Assembly: GCA_040954595.2 (NCBI GenBank)
Contig: CM082588.2
Coordinates: forward strand, 8,602,844-8,666,843
DNA from: Balanoglossus misakiensis
Taxonomy: Eukaryota; Animalia; Hemichordata
DNA length: 64,000 nucleotides
Direction of reading: 5' to 3'
Below the pieces are notes generated by a model, which saw only the letters and a list, made by a program, of their open reading frames with translations, did no database searches and had not been told where the DNA came from. Shown piece by piece: positions 1 to 12,800 of this stretch. Made by a program: the position numbers and the translations under genes. Position 1 is the stretch's first letter. Each line of letters starts with the position of its first letter.

Positions 1-1177
1 TATACCTCGAGCAACTGTCCCCCGGTCAACCTCAGTGTGTTAGAACTGCATGTTACGGTGCTTGTGTGAGAGTGCATTATAAATGCTAACCTCTTTATAT
101 GACAAGATGTTGGTCATGAAATGTTGCTCAAATCACTCTATGCCCACGTCATTATCCTAAGGATTAATCCTAAAGCATAAGGATCAGTTTATGAAGAAAA
201 CTAAATAAATAAGCATATTTTGATAATGATAGATATGGAGAGAATATTCTAAAATTAGCAGCACATTGTTTGTGCACAACAAACACCTGCTGTCACTGTA
301 TTTACACAAACAGCGAACGGTTTTAGAGTTGGACCCACTCGATTTAACATCTCTCTTTTATTTTTTTATGTTGTCCATTATTTAAAAACATTGGTCAGTT
401 ACAGTAAAGCTATCAATATATAGTATTTCAGCAGAATCCTATAAATTCATATAGGGTAGGTACATGTATGTAGAATTACAATATAGATTTATGGACACAT
501 GTGAATTGTCATTTATGAATATTCTTGGCAAAAACATTACCCTGGTACTACACACACTAAACATGTCATAAATTAAAAACCATGTTTCATCGTTATGGCT
601 GGACAACAAACAAATGGGAAATTGAATATTAGAATTCAAAGGAATAACAGTGACGTGCTTACTTCTGACGTACAATCAAAATGTGAGATATTGGTATTGA
701 TGGCGGTTGATATTTTGATCAGGCCATAAATAAATAAAAAAATGTTCCTTGTTTTGTTTTTGTTTTTTAACATTTTGTTGTTTTGTCAGTGTTTAAGTGA
801 CTTTTAGTCTCGCTTCAGAATTAAATGCTTGAGCTTTATTTGTGTGTTTATAAATTGATGGCTGCACTGCACATTACAGTATATTATGTTTGATTCAATC
901 ATGTTGTTAGCTTTCTATGTTCCTTTGCGTAAACATCTGATTTTTTCTTCCTGGCCTTGGGTACTTATTTTTGGAAATGTGATGACGCAGTCCTAAGTGG
1001 TAAATGCGTGGTTGATTTGGTATACGTTATACAGACTATTTTTAGAACAGTGTTTTGTTTTCCATAATGGCTGTACAACCAACGATGATTCACTGCCAAA
1101 AGGTCAAGTTTCCGGTGTTCTTGACTACATTTGGTTGTTGTATTTTAATTAATGGGTGAACTTTCTGATATGACATT

Positions 1178-1490
1178 TTAAAAGGACAAAGTCTGTCTCT
1201 CGCTGCCTTTTTTCCATTAATTATGTTTAATACAAGACTCTGTTTATGTTATTCCATATAGTGAATCAACGTTCAACCACACACAACTTCCATCTTGCTT
1301 GTAGATACAAGAGTGAAAAAACTCGCCAAAATGAATAATCGGTCTCTACCATTTATTCATTTTGGGCGAGCTTTTTCACTCTCATATACAAGTGGGATTG
1401 AAGTTGTGTGTGGTCGAATGTTGATTCACTAGATATCCACATGAAGAATATCATAAACGATATCTTGTATCAAACATAGTTAATGGAAAA
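1178..1490. mobile_element. Kolobok-like family B, truncated copy
   Basis: Left TTAA+TIR and body match family B; right end missing. Further partial copies at about 17557-17805, 33763-34049, 35646-35868, 38455-38735 and 45312-45598. Confidence 0.8.
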
Positions 1491-3543
1491 CATCATTTGA
1501 TAGCGAAGGATACTGACCACATTCTCCTATCCCTTTCACATAGAAATTAGAACCACATGTTAAAAAACCGGACTCTATAAACCGGACACCTCTGCAAACT
1601 GAACAATTTCTTCAGCTCCTTTGGTGTCTGGTGGTTTTACTCTACCATCCTGTATATCATATGCATGTTCTTATATGAACAATTTTCCATCTTTTCTGCT
1701 TGCGGTGTTAAGGAGGGGAGAGGTAAGTCTCTGTGCAAAGAGGTGTGGATGTCAATGTTTGTTTATCTTTGGATTCTATATCTGTCTCCCTCCCTCCCTC
1801 TCCCTGTAAGTGTTTGTGTGTTGACACTCTGTTGTACTTGAGATTTTTCTTAGATTCTTGCATAAATTGCGGAAAAACAGAATTTCAATAAAATAGGCAT
1901 TTTGCAGTCCAATGGTCTGACCATCAAAAGGACAAAAAACATCAAGTAAAGTTGTAATTCATATCAATTTCGTGATGTATTTATTAATACCAGTCCAAGC
2001 CTTTTGTGACCATTTCTTAATCTTATCCTACAGTTTTGTTACTGCACTGGTGAAATATGGCTTGTATGGCAAACAGACAAGTACTCATCAAACGACTATA
2101 AATTTGAATAATTTATCATATTGATGACTATATTTTAATGATTTTCAACAATCAACATGCATTATTATACTTTGAAAGTATGATCCAACGGTCATCCAAA
2201 AGATATTCTTCACATTTCTGGTATTTTGTTGTTCACCTAAAGAGGGCGCCCTTCAGTACTTGAGATGCGAGATCTTTGTTTACATTGCTGTAAACTTTGA
2301 CCCTGTTTCTCTAATGTCATCGATCATGTCGATTAGTAAACAAAGCAGCTCGTTTACTATCATGTCACTTGGTAGTCGCCAATCGGCTGGCACTGGACTG
2401 AAATCGAGCGGGAGAATTCAAGTCGCGTCGCGGTGATATTTAGAAATTCATTCACTTTACACTAACTACTGATGATGTTCATAATACAGGTAATAAAATA
2501 TTGTCGTGTTTATTTCTGTATCATATCTATCTGTATGGTGTGGAAGCAAGTGTTGATCTTAATTAATTATGCATGAAACATACGAAATCTTCATTTCTGA
2601 AGTTCTGGCTGTCAGCGACCTGTGTTCGTCTTTTTTTTCACTACGTGCTAAGGGAATAACCAGACAGGTAGTCCAGAATTCACTCGATTAAAAGAAGCAC
2701 TGAGAGAGTGGAAAGGAGTTTTGTCTTGAAAGTCCATGGTAGATGAGTTTGGAAAAATCAATAATTTTAGTGAATGCTGTTAGAAGTCGTGGCGTCTTTT
2801 GTGGTGTCCGGGCTCAGCATACTAAAGACAGTTTGAATTTATTCACAGGTGTCAGTGTCATCTCAAGCACTGTGTGCATGCAGTAACCATGGTAACCAAG
2901 GAAAGTTAGGAAATTAACCAAATAAAGACGAAATTGACCAAACCATCTTAATTGTCAGCAGTTGAACAAATTAATCCAAATTGGCAAGGCTAAAATCTTT
3001 GTAATAGTGTTTCATTAAAATTCCATTCCTCCGTAGACAGTTCTGCTGACTATCTATGATTCATCATACATCTTTGAGAATTGTTGGCAGCGACCAAGTA
3101 AAGTTGGCAAATTGACTGCACTACCGCACTCGTAGTCTAGAATCCAGACTCATGGTTTGGCGAAAAAGCATATTGTGCCTGGATTCTTGACTACCGCCCT
3201 CAGTACCATGTACCAACCATTGTTTTATTCGCCCCGACACTGACTAGGGTGGGTGGGTGGGGGGGGGGGGGGGGGGAGGGGGGGGGGGTTGTCGATCGAA
3301 ACCAGTTTGTTGTTTCTTCCTCAGTCAGTTGTAGACATTGTGAATCAGTGTTCTTTGTTTCTGGTGTATTTTTGTTGTTGACCTCTTGTTCTCCAAGCAC
3401 GGAGGGTAGAATAAAAATGTTTAGATCGCTTAATAATGTTCCTTTGTTGTTTGTTACAGTATTCCCCTCATAAACTTTGGCATTTATGCACTTGTAGGCT
3501 AGTGTGTACATGTACTAGCTAACACTAACAGTCCAAAACACAA

Positions 3544-3755
3544 TACTGTAAAACACTTTATTTTCACGAGTTGAAATTTTCGCGATATCGAGAGAGGCCA
3601 CTGTTTCGTGAGTATTAATTTTTGCGTTCTCTTATTTCATTCACTGCATCGTTATCTTCAAAAAAAAAATATGCGACTTTTTATTTTCACGCTATTTTGG
3701 CTCTCGCGTATTTCGCGAACATTTATTGCTCGCGAAAATAAAGTGTTTTACAGTA
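3544..3755. mobile_element. TA-flanked MITE family J (Tc1/mariner-pogo-like ends)
   Basis: TACTGTAAAACACTTTATTTTC...GAAAATAAAGTGTTTTACAGTA; inverted copy at 37112-37323; related subfamily at about 7355-7549, 9763-9960, 37750-37998. Confidence 0.8.
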
Positions 3756-3849
3756 TATCCCCAATGCCCAATTATTTCCAAAACTGCTTATCCTCCTACA
3801 ATCCACCACAAAGATTATTGAAAATTCTTTTTCTATTCTCTGTATTTAG

Positions 3850-6800
3850 AGACGTCAAAGGTAGAACTGGTGAATGGTTTTATGAAAAAAGTCCTCAAGC
3901 CAAGAAATCGAAAGTGTCTGCGAGTGACATTGTGCTTGCTTCATTGCAGAAAGGTAAGAAAGATCAGATATCTCGAGGCATTTGTCATTTGCATTCAAGT
4001 ATGCAAGTAACCTCTTAATTTTCTGTCGTTCATTCATTCATTCATTCATTCATTCATTCATTCATTCATTGCATTCTATTCCATTCATTCATTCATTCAT
4101 TCATTCATTCATTCATTCATTCATTGCATTCCATTCATTCATTGCATTCTATTCCATTCATTCATTCATTCATTCATTGTATTAATTAATTCATTCGTTC
4201 ATTCATTCTTTCATTCATTGCATTCATTCATTCTTTCATTCATGATGTTAATTCGAGGTCAGGACTAAAAGAAAAGGAGACATTATATGCAGGGACTTTG
4301 ATTGAAAATTAAAATCTTGTTTATTTGGGGCATGTTTTCTATTTTTGTTTTTAAATTCCAGTTCATGTTTTAATTCCTTTCAGGTGATCCTCATCAGGGT
4401 ATACTAAGGGGACAACCTTATGAAACCCCCAAAGAGGCACAGTATCCAAAATCTGTTGAATCCGACAGCGATGTCAGTCGAAGTCGTTCAGAATCCCCGG
4501 AATATTCCACACAGGGAAGTCCACCTGTAAGGAAAACAACCGGAATACCAGATGACCGTTCGGTTCTCTCGGATAGTTCCGGACGTGTCGACAGCACAAC
4601 TGAGAGCGAAAACCCAAATCTTCCCGAAGACCCATCCCCGGAATCGCACCGACCCTACGAACACTACCGCGTGTACGACATGAAGCGACGGTCCAGTTTA
4701 GACAGTGAATACAGTTCGTCGCAGATGTCTGTGAAGAGTTCAGCGTCTGTGCCCAACAGCAGACGGATGGAGTCGCCAACGACAGTGTCGGTCTCCTCTG
4801 ACGCTGACGGCAGGAGCAGAGGTGGCCACTACGCGTACGATAATGAATCGGACATTGCTGTGGACTCGTTGCATGCCAGTGACACCCCTGGTAGTATTAC
4901 AAGTAGCGTTATTTCGAACACAACTCGCGGACCAGCAGACGGGGCTGATAGTGAAAGAGATAAATTAAGGTAAATTTATTTTATTTATTTATTTATAGAA
5001 TTCATCCATAGCAAACGCAGAATGTATGTCTTCTTGGGACAGGATGACTTGGACAGGTGCGAATCACCTATACCTCACACTACATCCGACCAACTCCCAT
5101 AGCAGCTCCCGTTCAAAATCTCTGGACCAGTAAACCAATCAGAAGGCGCCTTATAGAGAACGACAGGTATCCTTAAGTGTAGATCAACGTAACATGCAAT
5201 CTGATTGGCCTGGCCACCATGGGAGGTTGAACTGGAGCTTCTATGGAGTTGGTGAGATGTAGTGTGAGGCGACAGTATAAGAATACTGTACCACGAAGTA
5301 AAAGACATCACCGGCACCATACTCTACATGGATGATGTCATCAGAAACTGGGAGATAACGATGTAGTGAAATATGAGAACGCGAAAATTCATCGTTGCGT
5401 AACAGTTGCTGCTCTGATGCCACAAAATTTTCCTCTCTTATAGTACATGTACCATTTACAGGCCTTCTCACATACATGTAGTAACAACGTATGGGAAATA
5501 TTTTTTTTTGTCAACAGTGGTCACTTGGCATCTGATTTAAGTGATTCAGAACCCGAAGCTGTGACTGAAGCCATGACAGGGATAGCATTTCACAAAATGA
5601 CTCTCAAACCCCGTCAGCAGTCGAGTCCAGCAATTGAAAGACATCATCTGGAATCAGTGGATGAGACTGGTGAGTAAAAATTCCAGAAAAATCAAATTTG
5701 TTTTTAAATTATAATTATCCACTTTTTGCTACCCTGCTCATGAGGTGAGTGAGTTGAGTAGAATCACCAGATGGCAAAAGTCTGTCTGTCTGTCTTACTG
5801 ACTGTCTGTCTGTTTGTCTGTCTGTCTTACTGTCTGTCTGTCTGTATGCGTGCGTGCGCGTGTGTGTGTGTGTGTGTGCATATGCATGTACATGTTGTAC
5901 TTATGTATGTTTGTACTGGTAGATACCAGTCTGTATTTCGGTTCCTATTCCGAGACACATCATAAATATGTGAAAATCAACACATTGGAGTGAGTGATTC
6001 TAAATCTCTTTTGAAGAGTGGTCTTTTAGAAGATAATGGGATCACGCAACATCTGTCTGTCTGTCTGTATGTATGTGTGTACTGGTGTGTATGTTAGTAT
6101 AGGTTTCTCTTTTCATCTGTCCTCAACTAAAAAAGTGCAAATGAACCGAAAAATTGCAAAGCTTGTCAAAACTCGTGAACTGTTCAGATTACTTTGAATA
6201 AAGGTTTGCATACTATAGGTAGACCCAAATAAACTTTCTTCATTTTGTGCCCCATATCAAGATTTTTGTACTTTTAATGTGGTTTCGTTCGTTTGGTCCA
6301 AAAATTGCATAAACTGGCCCATGCTCGTAAACTTAGTGTAAATGTAGGCAAGACTGTTCTATTTCTGATTTGATCAAATTATGGCAAAAATAGCAAAAAC
6401 CCAGAAAACATCTTTAAAAATCAATATATTTAAAATGTGAGTTGCAGGGGTCTTGGGATGATGTTATTATGATGTGGTAAACTGTGACAAAATAAGTTTG
6501 TGTAAACCGTAACGTATACTTTTTTTGATGTGTGTGTACCGTAGTTACTGTTGGTCAGGGAATAGCCCTACATGCTTCGCCACAGTAAAATGTCATTTAG
6601 TTTTAGAACAGCAGTCTCTGTACTATGTCTTGGTTTGCACGCAGATTGTAATTGATCGTCCAATGAATGATGCTCAATGTGCAAGGGTAACCTTGCAGCA
6701 ACAATGCATTCTGTGAAGTTTGAAACTAGGACAAAAATTTTGAGGGTTTTATGTCCAAGGGATGGCTTCTTAAGGAGTGGTTTGACAGCATCTTGCGTGA

Positions 6801-9800
6801 GGGCAGCATCACCCTTGTCTGGAACTTGTTCATTGCTTTGTAGTCTCTATAGAACATATACTGGTAGTACAACATCAGTACATTACATTGTACATGGTCA
6901 CCTTCATCCAAAACAACATATGCCATACATAATGTCATTCATGCATAGCCACCATAAACAGTTCTTTGTGGTTTGTTTCTGATAACCTTGTTTCTGATGT
7001 GACTGGGTTTTACTTTTAGTGAATGAGTTAGAAATTGGTTCAAGATGGCTTCTTTCCTCTTCTGTTGTCTTTTCTACTCTGTGTCTCTACCCCTTTCACC
7101 ATAATGGTTCAGTCCAATCCCATTATTTTCTATGGTAAAGTTGGACCTCTAATTTGAGGGAACTGGGGTGAAAGGGTTAAAGCTTTCAATTGATGGTAGT
7201 TAAACTTGATCTGTCTGTTACTATTTTCTTGAAATCTGGAAACTGAGCAGTTGTACTCAATCGGAGGGCATAATGTCCCTTTAATGATTCAGCTGGTGTA
7301 TATTATGACTGTGCATGGGTATAACATTAGAGGTATATTGGCTTAGAGGGCATACACTGTAAAACGGAAATTTTATCGCGAACGATAAATTTTCGTGAAC
7401 TACGCGAGAGCCAAAAAACCTACGAAAATACAAATTTGCATAAGAAATGTTTTTCGGAGATGCAGGGAAATACGAGAACGCGAAAATTAATTATCGCATA
7501 ACGGTTGCTGCTTAAATTTCCTGTTGTGAAAATTTCCCGTTTTACAGTATATACTGTACACCCAGGTTTATGCATGGACACAAGATTGACTTGGTTGGCA
7601 CTGCCGTGGATCATATCAGCACACTTAGGGAGTTCCAAAAAGCTAGGGACGGTTTTGTTGTAGAGTAGTGAAGGGATACTGCACTGTTGTTGGCTTGGGT
7701 GGCACATTGGTTGGTCAGGTCTCCACACTAGACTCTCTCACAGCCCCATTCGCCATCCATGCAGGCTTATGGACTGATTGCATGTGTGCCCGGCGAGAGG
7801 TTCGCTACACAACACTATATGGGGCTTCTCCTTTGCTAAATGGTTGAGGGCGCATCAGTGAAGAGCCTTGTAGCGAACCGTGGGCTGTCAGAGAGTCTAG
7901 TCTCCACATATGCACTGGTACTTGGTGTGTTGTGTAGGAGCATGCAGACATGTACTCTGAAGGAAATTTTATTCCTGGAGTCAAACGGCACGTTGATGGT
8001 GCAGGGAACAAGTCATTTTCTAATTGGTGAAGTTTTTCTCTATAGAGGGAACTGCAGGAGAAATGGTGAAATTGTTCAGGCAATATGCAACCTGGGATAG
8101 CAACCACTATCAAAGATTGCACACTGTTGTTTTAGCTAAAAAGCCAATAGCTTCTGTTTGAATGCTTGGTTGGTTTTATTTTCTATTTTCTGATCTTTTT
8201 CTTGTAGGATTTTCTTTAGCAGATTCTCGACACAGTGATGTTGTGTCCCTTGACAGCATGCCCTATAGCCAACAAAGTTTTGTTTACTCATCTGGCCTCC
8301 CGTCTATCTCACCATCACTCCATTCTGCTCTGTTTCGTAATCATAATGCCCATAGCTCCATTCTGTCCGAATCTCACAGCCAGATATATTCCGACTCTGT
8401 AAATGATTCTTCGATTTTGCTAACTGCAGAGTTTGATCGCTTATCGGTCGAACGACAGCAAGGTGTCACCGCGGAGAATTCAAATGTCGGCCCAACAAAT
8501 GAGTTCGATGGATTGTCCGTCCCTGAAAATGAAAGCGTGGGTGGGTTGGCCATCTCTGACAAGGAAGAAGGAAAAGAGGCCCAAAATAATCCGGAATCAC
8601 GATGGAAAACAAAATCAGGCAGAGTGAAGCTCTTATTTAAATGGAAAGCTTCAAAAATGGCGATTGAGAATGACGAAGAAGAAAAAGATATTTTTGAAGA
8701 ACTGTTTGAAAAATGTGTGGATGGTGAAGAACCATGGCCATCAGTTGCACAGATAGACGCAAAGATAGGCGTCCGAGATCCTCTAAAGAAAAAGAAAGAT
8801 TTTTTGCATGCCAGGTCTGATAAAGATTTAGAGTTGCTAGCTTCGTTAGGAGAAAAGCAAATAATGAGAGATATAATCTTATCCATGGGAGATGAAATTC
8901 TGCTGGAATACCGAAAGAAACAAGAAGGTAAGACGATGTGATCTCCATGGAGACAATGGTGGGATTTTTGGTGACAGTGAGGTATTGGTGAGAGGGTATG
9001 GACTTGGCAGTCTAACAGGCCTGGGAGCCAGGTGTCTAGGCACCCTGGAAATCAAACCAGTTTCAACCGACTTGGCAGCAGCGTTAGGGATGTATTGTAC
9101 GTATAATACCAGCGTAACAGTTGAGTGATTGTTATTTGCAGGGCAAGAGGAAGAGTCAAGAACTGTTCAAGATTCACACGATAAAGCAAGATCATTAACA
9201 TTGCTGGAAATAGCACAGAGTAGATCACGTCAACAGAAGGAAAGCAACGGATCGACTATTCCTGCTATAGAAATAGATACTGTGAGTATAGAACAGATTT
9301 CTATTCGCCTGTATAGAACAATGTAGCAATATCAACCATACTTCCAATTCACATGGTATATTGCCATACCTACCTTGAATGATTGTCAATTTTCAGGTTA
9401 ATGGTTGAAAATCAGATGCAGACTTCTATCACATCATTACAGATAGAGGCTCTGATAATAATAATAATAATAATACCTAATAATAATATTTATTTCTTCT
9501 ATAGCGCATTACATAATGGTATATAATCTCAATGCGCTTTACATCACTTCCAGATAATAAAGACCCATTTATTATTTAATGTTTATATTGATCACATATA
9601 GCCACAGAGGATGATAATATGTTCTATCATATAGCTCATTTAAATGAACCACTTTTAAGTTTGAAAGTAAAATCACAAAAATAATGCAGAAAATAAAAGC
9701 TATTGGGTCTCTAATGTTTATTTTTATATAAATAAGGAATTTGTGTATATCTAAGTATGCATTACTGTATAACGGGAATTTTTTGTGAACGATAAATTTT

Positions 9801-12800
9801 TGCAAACTACGCGAGAGCCAAAAAACACAAAAATAAAAAGACGCGTAAAAATGTTTTTTGGAGATAAAAATGCAGTGAAATACGAGAATGGGAAAATTAT
9901 TTGTCACCTATTTTGATATCGCAAAAACTTCCTGTTACGAAAATTTCCCGTTTTACAGTAATACTGAGAACACTAGCAGCAGGTCAGGTATGCTAATTGA
10001 GATTAATCTTAGAAGTCATCGAATATTAATGCATAGTGAGGCTGATTCATCCAAGCGCTCTTGAATACAAAATGACCTGATCGTGAAAAGAAACAACTGA
10101 GTGACTCTGTAATCATATGTCTGAGTGGAGGTTAGCGGGGAAAATGTGACAATCCCAAGGGGGTTTCAGAATCCATGCTGTTTTGAGGAGCTCGAGCCTA
10201 GACGAATGTGTGCGTGTAATTTCTACTCCGACTGCTGGACCCATTAGCGCGAGGAAGTACAGGTGTCCGGGATTTCTGATCTGATAGCGGGTGTCGGCCA
10301 GATGCCATCGCCATGGCGTATCACACTCTAGATGAGGCCTCGGCAGGAAGTACAGTTTGTAAACTAGAGCAGTATTTATTGTCTGTTCGTGCAGCCATTG
10401 AGTATTAGTGTATTTGTGTGTCATTTGCGTCTCACAAGTGATCATATTTTGCTGTTAATTAACAATAGCTATACACTATGCTTTCAGTGGTTCTTCGTTT
10501 ATTCAGCATGTTAATCTTTTGAGTTGATTATATCATTCACCTGATTCAACGGTTAATTATTTTCCACCACACACGGTAAATTTTCTTCCACATTATTTTA
10601 CAAATTCTGACTTTTTTCTGTGTCTGCAAATGCTGTCTGTATTATTTGAATCATGTCACAGGCCCCATTCACAGAAATGATTTATTGCAACAATTAGCAA
10701 TATAAAGTAGATATTTGTTTGCTGTCAAATGTCAATGCTACAGACTGCCAATGCAATGTATGTTATCACAAAGGTTCTTGGCACATATTTATTTTGTTTT
10801 AATATAAAAGTGCCAATGTATAACCCCCCCCCCCCCCCTCTGTAAAATGGTTGTTTCCTGTATCCTAGTAGTAGGCCCTGTCGGGTGATACAAGATGGTA
10901 TTTATCAGGAAAAATTATACAATATCGTTTTTTCTTCCATTTTAGTGGTTATCTAGCCAAAATCTAATGCCTCATGATAAATTCTCTTCACTGGTTCATA
11001 AGGGCTGTATTACTCATTTAAGATTCAAATTTACAGTGCAGATCAATTACATGTAATTTTTGAAATTGTTCTACTGTTAGCAAGAAATATAATTGGTGAT
11101 GGTTTGTAATATTTGATTTGATTCATAATGCAGATACAGCCATGAATAATTTTAGATTATTTGATTGATTGATTGATTGATTGATTGATGGATTGATAAA
11201 TGTACATGTACAGTAGACTTTATTATTCTATCGTTTTAGACTTTCCAACGGGTTCAAAGGTTGCAAATAGCAATTTGAGGTTGTTAAATGACATCTGCAA
11301 TCAAACAGAAATGGGGCGAACCATGTGAATTCTGGGGTGGGGGTAGATGGATAGAGGACTTGGGTATGTCAGCAAATGTTTTTTCCAGCCATTGTTACAG
11401 CAAGACATTGCAGTCTAAGAAAATTCTTTTTCCTCCACATCATCTACTGAATTTGTTTCCAAAAAAATCCTCCATCAACCCCCCCCCCCCCACACCAGAA
11501 ATCAACTGTTTCTCCCTTAGATAAGACCTAGCTCACAGACAGAGAATCAGGCAACGTTATTACGTGCGTCTGCATCACACAAAGTGACAAATCCATCAGT
11601 TTGAAAGAGTTAATTCACAATGACCTTGGTATGAACTTAAGATTTTGATTAATGGAGGTTCATTAGGTATAATGAGAACCGGGATGCAATATGTGATGCA
11701 AAGTGTGGAAATTAATTCTAAAATGTAATTGTCATAGTCATAGTATCAAACACAGCTGATGATCAGAATGACACATTTTCCTACATTGAATGCTTTGTGG
11801 TTTCTGTACTGTGATGTGTAATTCTGTTTGCTGATTGAAAAAATTCCAGCAACGAATTTGTTGTAAGATATGACATCCGTATATGGTAACAATTTTCTTC
11901 GGCAAATGCCTTTAATTGTGCAATATTGGAGGCATCATTGACATAAGATATAGCATCTAGTACATATTTACTGTATAGAAATTTTAGCCTGGTCTCCATA
12001 CCCAGTGTGTTTTAGATGGGTATGGAGACCAGGCTAAGAAATTTGGGCGTCAAACATTTTATGTACCGGTCTAATAGGGGTGTGAAGGGATGGTCTCTTT
12101 ACAATTTCTTCACTGAAAATATCAACAGTGTTTTTTTTGTGCACAATGTCCTTGACACTATATTCCTCATGTCCAATACCATTATGGGGACATGCCTGAA
12201 TGCTTTTCGTTCAGACTTGGCTCAAGGGCAACGGGCAATGATGTATGTATGCATATCAATTTGTGTTGTGATACAATCATACATGTACAATGTATAGGAC
12301 AGACATGTGGGGACTACAGTTATGGGGACTACATGTAGGTCATTGCCAATCTGATTAAAATCAGATGTAGTGTACGGCAACGTCTCTTACTTGCGCTGTA
12401 CGGTATTCTTATACTGTCGCCTCACACTACCGGTATATCTGACCAACTCCCATAGAAGCTCCTGTTCAACCTCCTGTTGCGGCCAGGCCAATCAGAATGT
12501 ACGTTACGTCGATCTACAGTGAAGGATACCTACAACTGTATCGTTCTCTATAAGGCACCTTCTGATTGGTTTACTGGCCCAGTAAAGCCAGAGATTTTGG
12601 ATGGGAGCTTCTATGGGAGTTGGTCAGATGTAGTGTGAGGCGACAGCATAAGAATACCGTACCGCGTAGTAAGAGACATCGTCGTACTCTACATCTGATT
12701 TTAATCAGATCGGGTCATTGACTGACTATGGCTTGTTGTACATATAGTTGATAACAATGCTAAACCAACAACTTCCTACACACTTGATTATCAATCAAAT

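Noticed and set aside
1700-1730. Possible SYTL microexon (ttaag|GAGGGGAGAG|GTAAGT)
   Set aside because: 10 nt is not frame-preserving and nothing else supports it; it could be an alternative exon end but cannot be shown.
2330-2490. CpG-containing patch with CCAAT and donor CAG|GTAATA as an alternative SYTL first exon
   Set aside because: Its ATGs give a phase-0 donor, incompatible with the phase-2 acceptor at 3850; too weak to call.
8374-8886. 170-aa antisense ORF (and similar antisense ORFs over GOGAT exons and 53.9-55.1 kb)
   Set aside because: Shadow ORFs opposite real coding exons, with no independent splice or motif support.
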